Origin: the human T2T-CHM13v2.0 reference genome, Homo sapiens
Length of the DNA stretch: 64,000 bases
Reading direction: 5' to 3' (one strand)
NCBI RefSeq assembly: GCF_009914755.1
Contig: NC_060931.1
How positions within the stretch are numbered: the first letter of the stretch is position 1; the number at the start of each line of letters is the position of its first letter. The position numbers were made by a program, and so were the translations under genes. The notes beneath the pieces are model-generated. The model was not told the origin of the DNA. It saw nothing but the letters and a program-made list of their open reading frames with translations, and did not search any database. Shown in pieces: positions 55,451 to 64,000 of the stretch.

Positions 55451-57336
55451 CCTTGCCTGTGGAATAAGGTGATTGGCAAACACAAGATTTGGAGGTTCCC
55501 TCCAGCCCTGATATCCACTGGACCCGGCTCTGGGGGGACAGTGGACTGTGGACGTCTTCATTCCAGACTCTCCAAGATTCCTCTTTCTGGACCCGCCTTT
55601 TGGCACCGCCCCCAAGTCGACCATCTCAAAGATCCACCCCTCCCTCCAAGCTGAGACCAGTGCCATGGCCTGGGGAGGGATGTCCGCTGCAGTCTGCTGG
55701 AGCCAGAGTCTGGCTCCTGGCTGTGAGGTGGGCTCTAGACTTGAGCTCTGATTCCAGTCAGGAGGATTCTGATGCCTGCCCACTCTTTCTAAAATTCCCT
55801 GACAAGTCCTTCTGGCTGCTGCTGAGGGGATCTGCATTGTGAGGACTTTTGGTTAGGGGCTTCAGGCTCAGGCTTGACCTAGGCCATTGCTGGCCTGCAT
55901 AAGAACTGTTGAGATTTTCATAGGTTTTTAAAGGTAGAGGGGCCATCTCCTAGTATAAATAGCTTTGCAGTGGTTTTGGATCCATTCCCGGGTGGCACAT
56001 TTGTGGCAGGGCATTGCAGGGAGGTGAGGATGTTTGCCCCTAATCTGTGAAGACGGTGCTGCCTCCTCTGAGCTCCACTTCATTGTATCAGACAGAGGCC
56101 AGACTTGAGGATGAATAGCCATGCTGTGTGGGGAAGGAAAGGGCCAGGTATCTGGTGTCTGGTACCTGGTATGTGTGGGACGCTTTGCTGAGTACGTTTA
56201 TTGGGGAGGTCTCTGAGAAACTCAGTTGCACAGAATTGGATTAATCACAGTCTTTGGTTCATAACACATTCAGATCACTGGTCCATAGCCTTTATATTTG
56301 TTTTTAAGAATATAACAGGTGCTAATGTCATACACCATGAGTGCTTTTTCATATCTTCAGTGCATTTCATCCACACAGCCACCTTAGGAGTGAAGGAAGT
56401 TAGGATGTCCCCATAAGTGAGAAAACAGAACCTTGGATAAGTAATGTGGCTTGACCTCAGGTTGTGCAGGATTCAGATGGCAGGAGAGGCACTGAGTCAA
56501 GTTCTAGGTGAGTTCCATTTCCAGGAGCACTCCCTTTATACCTCAACTGTTCCCTGCTGAGGCATTCCTGGATTTTAAATTTTATTTCTAGCAATACACA
56601 ATATATTTTCCACCTCCTGTGAACAGGGTATTCCTTGTAATGTTTCTTTGTTCTTTCCTTTTCTGCTTTCAACTTTCTCTGGCCCCTGTTGCCTGGCAGC
56701 TAGGAGGGTGGAGACCACCCTGGGGCTGGTTGACAAGGCACCTGGATCATGGGGATGTGGTATCAGGCGGGGCAGGAAGTCACACCAGTAGATGTCAGGG
56801 TGGATGGGCCTTAGAAATCACCAAGGCAGAACAACAGGCCTTTCTCCCCTTGAGCCCACTAAGGGGTGTGGGCTTGTTCTAGAAGAAGGTGAGGAGTCAG
56901 ATTGCTGCCTGGGTGTGTGTGCACTGGACCCCAGGTCCCCTGGCAGGTGTTCTGGACTTGGGCTTCTCACCATTTCTTGGCTCCTGCTGCTGGCCGTGTT
57001 CCCTAGTTGGTTGAGTAATTGGCTGAGTAAATAGAGCCAGTGAGTGGTAGAGCTGGGATCCACTCTCTGTTCATTTATGATGGTAATGTTAGTTATGTCA
57101 TTTTCCGTTGCCCCGGCTCTTGGTTCAGGATTCTTCTCGTGGGGGCTTTGTGCGGTCCAGTGTCTGCTGTCTTTGACTATTAGGTGGGGTCTGTTTGGGG
57201 GTCTGACCAGTGAGGCCGCCTGGCACTCAGAAGACGTCTCCCCCATTCCGGAGAATCCTGACCTTCCTGTATTTGGGAATGGCTCTGGGCTGCTCTCCTT
57301 CTGGTGGCTGACTTGCGAACTTGTGTCTGGTTGCAG

Positions 57337-57688
57337 GACTGGCATTGCGGACTGACCTCCAGGGAGAGGCCCAGATCTGATCTGCAGAGATCTCCCTTCC
57401 GGCTATCGTGGCTGCTGTTCAGGTGGTGGAGAAGAAGATGGAACCCCAGGCTGCCTGGCTACAGAGCCTGGAGGGATGCATGTGGACAGCCAAGAAGAAG
57501 CTGGCTGACTGCGAGAAGGTGGCTGTGGAGTTCGGGAACCAGCTGGAGGCAAGTGGGCCGTGCTGGGGACCCTGCTGCAGGAGTACGGGCTGCTGCAGAG
57601 GTGGCTGGGGAACGTGGAGAACCTGCTGTGCAACAGGAACTTCTGGATCCTGCAGTTGCCCCCGGGCAGCAAGGGGGAGGCCCCCAAG
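57337..57688 (+). pseudogene. Pseudo-exon 2: frameshifted DUF3669
   Basis: Domain split between ORFs 57408..57707 ([22 protein letters not shown]...FGNQLE) and 57560..57784 ([42 protein letters not shown]); 352 nt. Confidence 0.92.
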
Positions 57689-58202
57689 GTACAGGAGCTG
57701 GGTGTAGGAGGAGAGGCCCTGCCTGGACTCTGTAGGGTGGCCATATGCATAGCGTCGCCACAGCAGCATACCCTTGGCTGCTGAAGCCTGACCTCTGGGC
57801 GTCCAAGGCAGTCACTAGTTGACTTTAAAGGGCTTGAAAAATGTCAGAAGAAAATTGTGACACAGAAAAATGTCTGCTTTGGAAGATGGAATGGGGTTTG
57901 TTGGGAGAGATATGGTTGTGCAGCAGTGGTTGTACATGGTCTCTGAGAGTGAGGACTGGCACAAGTAGGAGATATGTGTGCCTGGGAGAGGGGAGAACCC
58001 AGGAGCCCCGATCCTAGATCCCATTAGTCACTGGTTCTGCCCTTTAGCTGAAGGCAGTGTGATGGAGTTGAGTTTGCATTTGCTTAGTAGTTTGGCCTGC
58101 GATGCCCTCTGCTTCGGGGGAAGGGAGAGGGGACGAGTTGGTTTTGGCTGCTCCGTGAAATGGTTGTTATTCATGGTGGGTGCAGGCAACTTGTACTTCC
58201 AG

Positions 58203-58329
58203 GTGCCTGTGACTCCTGAAGACACGGTCGGGTATTTCTCAGAGCAGCAGGGTGGCGGCCTGGAGGACTCATAGAAGGAGTTCTGCAAATGTGTTGTGAA
58301 GGGGAGCTGCGACACCCTGAGCTTCCTGG
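58203..58329 (+). pseudogene. Pseudo-exon 3: degenerate KRAB-A (VPVTPEDTVGYFSEQQGGGLEDS*KEFCKCVVKGSCDTLSFL)
   Basis: Exactly 127 nt, ttccag acceptor, GTGAGA donor, premature TAG. Confidence 0.88.
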
Positions 58330-58756
58330 GTGAGAGGCTGGCCTCTGGGGGCCTCCACACCTTGGTTTTACTCCTTTATTCAATCACATGAGACTCCTGA
58401 ATCTCAGAGCAGGAAGCATGTGGAGATCATTTCTTCAGCCCTCTGTCTTCAGGCAGGTAGAAGGTATCTGTCATTCTCATTTTGAAGTTTTATGTAATGA
58501 AATGCAGAGGTTATGTGACTTGTTCCAGATTTCTTGGAGTAAATAAACTGGAATCTGCTCCTCGCTGTCCTGCCCTTCGCGTGGTGCCAGAGGCAGCTCC
58601 TGCGTGCACACCTGTGGCTCACCAGCCTATCTGCTCCTGGGGAGCTGGGGCCTCCCCTGGTTTACATCTGCATCTCTAGGACTCCCACGCTGCACTCTGC
58701 ACACTGAGTTCTCAGGAGATTCCTGCTGAGCAAAGAAGGATGAATTGTAGGCCTGC

Positions 58757-59056
58757 TTTTTTTTTTTTTTTTTTTGAGACGGAGTTTTGCTCTTGTTTCC
58801 CAGGCTGGAGTGCAATGGCGTGATCTCAGTCACCACACCCTCCGCCTCCCGGGTTCAAGTGATTCTCCTGCCTCAGTTTCCTGAGTAGCTGGGACTACAG
58901 GCATGGGCCACCACACCCGGCTCATTTTATATTTTTAGTAGAGACGGGGTTTCTCTATGTTGGTCAGGCTGGCCGCGAACTCCCAACCTCAGGCGATCCT
59001 CCCGTCTCGGTCTCCTAAAGTGCTGGGATTACAGGAGTGAGCCACCAGGCTTGGCC
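58757..59056 (-). mobile_element. AluS in a pseudogene intron
   Basis: Alu consensus; TSD AGGCCTGCTTTT. Confidence 0.85.
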
Positions 59057-59709
59057 AGGCCTGCTTTTAAGGATGCCCCAGGTCCAGAAAATCAGGGCCA
59101 GGCCTGGGAAGTTCGCTCCTTCAGGCAGGTGTGCGTCTTCGTGTGAGACTTGATCAGACCTGGGTTTTTGTAGCTACCCCACTCCGAAGCTCTCCTGCGT
59201 GAACCTGGAATTCTCACTGCTTTGGGCAGGTGAGCAGTTGGCTTTTTGTCCAGTCTCTCCCCTTGTTGGGAGGCTGAGGCCCAGAACACAGTGCCTTCCC
59301 TCTCTTTGCCTGGCTGCAGAGGTTCCTCCTTCAGAAAAGGGTCCCAGTGTGCTGTGGGAGGCAGGGTGAGGAGGCTGTCCGGCCTCAGGCGAGGAAGGAG
59401 AAGCACGTGGAAGGAAGGGCAGCAGGAAGCCTGAGCCTGACTGCCATGGATGGCCAGACCCACTCTTGGGCCTCAGTTTCCTCATCTGTCTGGACTAGGT
59501 GACTTGTCTATGTGGGCAGTGGATGGGAACCCTTCCTCTTGGCCTCATGGCACTCACTTCTAGCCCACGAAAACTGAGAGGCCTTGCCCACCCTACTCTC
59601 CATGCCCCTCAACACACGCCTTGAAGAGGCTGCTCCAAGCCTAGCAGAACACCCTCCCTTTCCAGGCCTGCAGAGGACAGCCCTGCCACTGCCCTTTTCC
59701 TCCCCACAG

Positions 59710-59810
59710 GCCAGGCCACCACCAAGCCAGATCTGGCACCAGTGGAGAAAGGAGACAGGCAGGCAACTGCAGCCTGCCCAGTGCGGAGAGGGGCCAGAGC
59801 CCGGGCACTG
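59710..59810 (+). pseudogene. Pseudo-exon 4: KRAB-B-like
   Basis: Polypyrimidine tract plus cacag acceptor; KPD..EKG motif; ends GGCACTG|GT like ZNF783 exon 4; length not a multiple of 3. Confidence 0.7.
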
Positions 59811-60862
59811 GTGAGTCCCTCAGGGTGTGGGCCTGGGCCTCTCCACCTGCATCTGGTAAGGGCATCTGGTGTCAGAAGGCCCCCTTGGAGAAAGAGAGGC
59901 AGAGGTGGGGGGAAGTGAACTGCTGGGCCTCACAGCTGGTGGTCAGGGCCAGACCCGGGTGTTCTGACACCCAGAGAGGGCCTGGGCCATTTCCCATACT
60001 CCATGTCCCTTTGGAGCCATCGCTTGGCCTGAGACCAGTCTGGAGGCTTGAGGGGAAGGGCAGAGGGCATAGCAGATACCAGGAACCTGAGACAGGCCGT
60101 CTTGGTGCATGCAGGGTTCCGGGAGGAGCGACGGGCTGGCGGCCTCCGTGAGACCTGCCCTGACACTGCATCTGCTCCCAGGGCCCTTGGTGCCTGCGTG
60201 CATGTCCTCCTCACTTTGCAGCCTAATCCCTGCTTCCTCTCCAGGCTTCACTCTCCTTGGGTGAAGGGACTGAGTCTTGCTGTGTTATCCCCCTCCTCTA
60301 GCACCTTACACAGTGCCTGGCATGTACTGAGATTATAAATAATATATAATTACTAAATGAACAGTGAACCAGAATAGAAGCTCAGTTTCCTCCATTTTTC
60401 AAATAATAGCATTGGATCAGAATGCAGTTTTTTTTTTTTTTTTAAAGGTGAGAACCCTTTATTCCAGTGACAACCAGAAACATATAACATGGGGACAATG
60501 GGACCATTCTAGTTGAAGGACAGGAACCCTGGAGCTGGTTGCTCAGAACACAGTGGATCATGCCAAGATACTGCTGCTTGCTTTCTAGATTCTTAGATTT
60601 GGGGAGGAAGGCTCCCCTGTGAAGCAGACTCTTTGAGTAGGTAAATTAAGTCACAGTGAGCCCAGAGTGGGGAAGAAGGTGGGGGTTGACAGGGGTACTG
60701 AGTGGCTGGCATGTAGGTCCAAGGCTAAAAGTGGCATTTCCAGGCACCTGCAGGGGGCAGGGGCACCAGAGAGAGAGCAGGGTTGAGTAAGGGGTGGGGT
60801 GTGGCAGGATGCAGGTCACATAGCCCAAGCTGGGGAGCCCTGAGCGAGAGGCCAGCTGGGCA

Positions 60863-60939
60863 GAGCGTGGCTCTTGTGGTGTCACTGAGCGTGGCTCTTG
60901 TGGTGTCACTGAACGTGGCTCTTGTGGTGTCACTGAGCG
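60863..60939. repeat. 24-bp tandem repeat, three copies (GAGCGTGGCTCTTGTGGTGTCACT)
   Basis: Read directly. Confidence 0.92.
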
Positions 60940-63149
60940 CTATTACAGCAGCAGCCTGGCCAACAGCTCCTCCCCTGTGGTGCAGGGAGGGGAGCTGAGC
61001 CCAGGCACTGCAGCCACCCCCGTCTTGGGCTGGCCCCCTGCAGCAGGTGTGGGCAGGACTGGGGCATGTTCAGAGGCTGTGGCCGGTGCCACAGTCCCCA
61101 GGGCTGAGCAGCTCCTAGGGGGATGCAAAGCAGCAGGCAGGGCCTGGCCAAAGAGCTGCAGGCACGGCTCTGCCATGAGGCTGGGCTTGCACCTGAAGGC
61201 AGCTCAAGGAAGCGTGGTGGGTGGAGGAATGAGACCTGCGCAGGGGATTAGGGTTGCCCTACGGTCTGGGTAGTCCTTGCCATTCTAGCAGTTACTTCTT
61301 GTTTTCCATTCTCTGTAAACTTTTCCAGATTTCTCCAGGAGAGAGCTTTGTTTACCCCCAAGGACTGGGCTTCACTCCTAAAAGCTGCTTCTAAACCCTT
61401 TGCGTGCAGGCCCCAGACAGTGTGGGTGCATGACTGCTTTATCTGTTGGATGTTTCCACAGGCAGGCTGTTGCTGCCAGAATTCTAGAAGCAGTGTAAAC
61501 GGGCTGCTCATTCATTAGGTACGGGCAGGGTCTGGGCACTGGACTTTCAACACTTTCCTCCCGTGATTCTGGTGCCGTTAGTTTGAAAATCACGGCTCAG
61601 AGATCCCTCTGAACAGAAGGTGACCCGCCTCTAGCCATTGAAAGTGTCTATGTTTTGATTATGCGAATGGATTCTTACACGAATATGTTCTTACTAAGCA
61701 ATGTGGAGGTCATGGGTAAAGCTAAGCGGCTCTCTGCTGGCCGCCCACCCAACCCCAGGCCCCTCCCAGGGTAGCCACTGGGATCATTCTGCTGCATAAC
61801 CTTTCAGGCTATTTTCTCATGCACATACTTACTTGTGTGTACTGTGGAAAAATACAGGGGTTAAGAACACACAGATATACACTACGTATCTTCTGCGGTT
61901 TGCTGTTTTCACTCAACAATATGTCTTAAGGATCTTTTCGTGTTGATACATTTTGATCAATTTCCTCTCGAAACGGTTTCCAGGGCCCTGGTTAATGGTG
62001 GAGCCAGCCTGGTGTGTGGCAGCCAGGTCGGGCTGGTGTCTTCAGAGTGGCTGTGTCAGAAGGGCCTCGTGTATGACAGAAGTAAGTGAGCTGTGCCCTG
62101 GCTATAAAATCTGGCAGCGTTGAGCGACTGGACAGCTGTTAGATATGGGTGGCTTGGAATGTTCTCCATTCATTCATTTATTTAACAAAAAATGTGCCTA
62201 CCCTGTGTCAAGCCTGGAGCAGGAAGAGGAGCAGTAACTATTCCCTGATCTTTAGATAGGCCTTAGAGGTGGGCACAGATTGGTGAGGTCGCCCAGTCCT
62301 TGAAGGACACCCACCTGAGGGCACTGTAGGATCTGTATTTGGCTGCTGTAACAGAGACTGAAGAAAACAAAACCAAAACCGCAGCTTCCACACGGCAGGG
62401 GGTGGTCTCCCTCCCGACAGAGCTTGTTTGGCAGCTCACAGGCCCAGGCTCCTTCCAGCCTATCGCTCCACCATTCCTGGGGCCAGGCCTTGTTGCTGTG
62501 GTTCGAGATGGCCCGCGACCATGCCCACGGCCCTGTTGAAGGAAGCAAGGGGATGGGCTGGGGGTTGGGGTGCCCTTTCCCTTTTCCTTTAGTTGATGCC
62601 TTTCCCTTTAAGCAAACACATTGGTTTCTTGTACATTTAGTACTTACTGTGCACTTTATAAACATTGACCCATTTAAGCTTATTCCAACTCTCAGTTTCC
62701 TCAGATCATAGATGAAGAAACTGAGGCACAGAGAGGCCGAATCCACTGTCAAAGGTCCTGTAGCTGGAGGAGGCAGCGCCCCTCACATCCATTAGTCAGA
62801 CCAGCCACAGGGCACACCTACTTGCAGGGAGGCCCAGCAACAAGGTCTGGAGTCTAGGAGGCCACATGGCCAGCAAGACACCAAGTGCTCTGTTAGTGTT
62901 GAAGCGGGGTGGATGGCATTGGAAGATGGCTGGTCATCCCCGTCACAGCTCACAGCCCGTCATTCACAGACCAAGCTCCCCTGGCTTGACTCACTGCCAT
63001 GTCACACGTCCCCAGGATGTGCTGTGCCTTTGCTGGGACCTACAGTTCTGTTGGGAGTCTCTTTGGTGTCATGGTCCCAACTGAGGCTGTGAGAGGAAAG
63101 ATGTCCTATGACACCTGCTGCCCTCAGGGCCTCTTCCTCTTTCCCTTAG

Positions 63150-63265
63150 ACGCAGGCCAGCTGGAACGTCCCCAGGCGTTCTGTCCTGGATCAAGCAAGA
63201 GGAAGGGGCAAGTGGGAGGAGCCAGCAGGGCCCACAGGAGACCACTGTGGCACACCTGTGCTCAG
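63150..63265 (+). pseudogene. Pseudo-exon encoding the family linker VLSWIKQEEGASGRSQQGPQETTVAHLCS
   Basis: Pyrimidine tract plus ttag acceptor (an alternative in-frame acceptor lies at 63160); CAG|GTAAG donor; LSWIKQEE resembles linker exons of ZNF398/ZNF282 (recalled). Confidence 0.65.
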
Positions 63266-64000
63266 GTAAGGCATGCTGGGCCATGTCTCCTCAGGCCTGT
63301 ATCCCTGGGCCTTAGGAGACATGGCGTCCCCTGGGGGGCCTCACAGCGCCTCTAGTGGGGCCTTCTCCTGGGCGAGGCTCCTGAGGGAAGGCAGTGCGCA
63401 GCCTTGGCTGTGTCTCTGCAGAATCTTGTATGCTTGCTGCGTGGTGTCCTCCCATGCAGTTGCACGAAATCATTCTTTTATTCCTGATCCTGTTTCCTGT
63501 TTATTTCATGAACTTGTCTGTAGGCAGCATGGTGCTGGGCGCTGCAGGGGCTCATTAATGCATGAGACACAGATTCCACTCAGGAGAGAGAAGACGAACA
63601 CAGACACAGTACACGGTGGGAAGGGGCACTTCCATGTCTGCAGCCAGAGAGCCCTTTCAGAATCTGACCCAAAAGATGGCCAGTATTCTAAGAAAAAGCA
63701 CATATGCTTACGATGTGCAAACAGCTGAAGGTGTTCTTTCAACTATAGTAAAAGGGGTGTCTCGGTGGCCACAGGCGGCCCAGATGAAGGTGCTGCTGGG
63801 GAAAATGTCACCACGCTGGTCTTGGGAGGCTCCATGAGAGGGAGGTGGGACTTGAGAGGGGCTTAGAGCCTGGGTGAGAGGCAAAGAGGAGGCCAGAGAC
63901 CTTCTGGGTAGAGAGGACCCTCGGGCCAAGGCTCAGAGGTGGATGAACGGGGGAGCCTTAGGTGGAACAGCACAGGGTGGAACCCGGCAGAGGACAATGG

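Larger units (their letters stand above)
55245..63265 (+). pseudogene. LOC155060: Unprocessed DUF3669-KRAB-ZNF pseudogene (probably LOC155060); probably continues beyond the window
   Basis: Exon 1 55245-55268 (MAEAAAPP, GTAAG donor). DUF3669 exon 57337-57688, with TGA at 57378-57380 in the domain frame and a 1-nt deletion near 57549. 127-nt KRAB-A exon 58203-58329 with TAG at 58272-58274. KRAB-B-like exon 59710-59810 (101 nt, QATTKPDLAPVEKG). Linker exon ~63150-63265 (VLSWIKQEE). The locus name is recalled, not verified. Confidence 0.85.

Noticed and set aside
59320-60270. Further candidate pseudogene exons (acceptors near 59319 and 60244)
   Set aside because: No recognisable family homology.

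Overview
Human/primate genomic DNA, very Alu-rich, matching the 7q36.1 cluster of DUF3669-KRAB-C2H2 zinc-finger genes. Three head-to-tail paralogous units lie on the + strand, each opening with a CpG island and an 8-codon first coding exon. ZNF212 has 5 coding exons (9606..24238, 495 aa). ZNF783 has 6 coding exons (32149..52108, 546 aa). The third unit is a disabled paralogue (probably LOC155060, 55245..>63265) with an intact promoter and splice sites but frameshifts and stops. Less obvious items: (i) an Alu-fragmented, antisense retrocopy of SECISBP2 in ZNF783 intron 4, which appears to record an exon-skipped mRNA and has lost its 3' end rather than its 5' end; (ii) splice phases that let ZNF783 exon 5 join pseudogene exon 2, giving a 281-aa zinc-finger-less DUF3669-KRAB protein; (iii) about 95% nucleotide identity of the DUF3669 core between otherwise divergent paralogues; (iv) a 5'-truncated, internally deleted SVA with a 21-bp TSD. 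The rest is Alu, L1, L2, MIR, MaLR/ERVL LTRs, MER DNA transposons and tandem repeats. Gene and repeat names come from recall of known sequences, not from a database search. Repeat boundaries are approximate.
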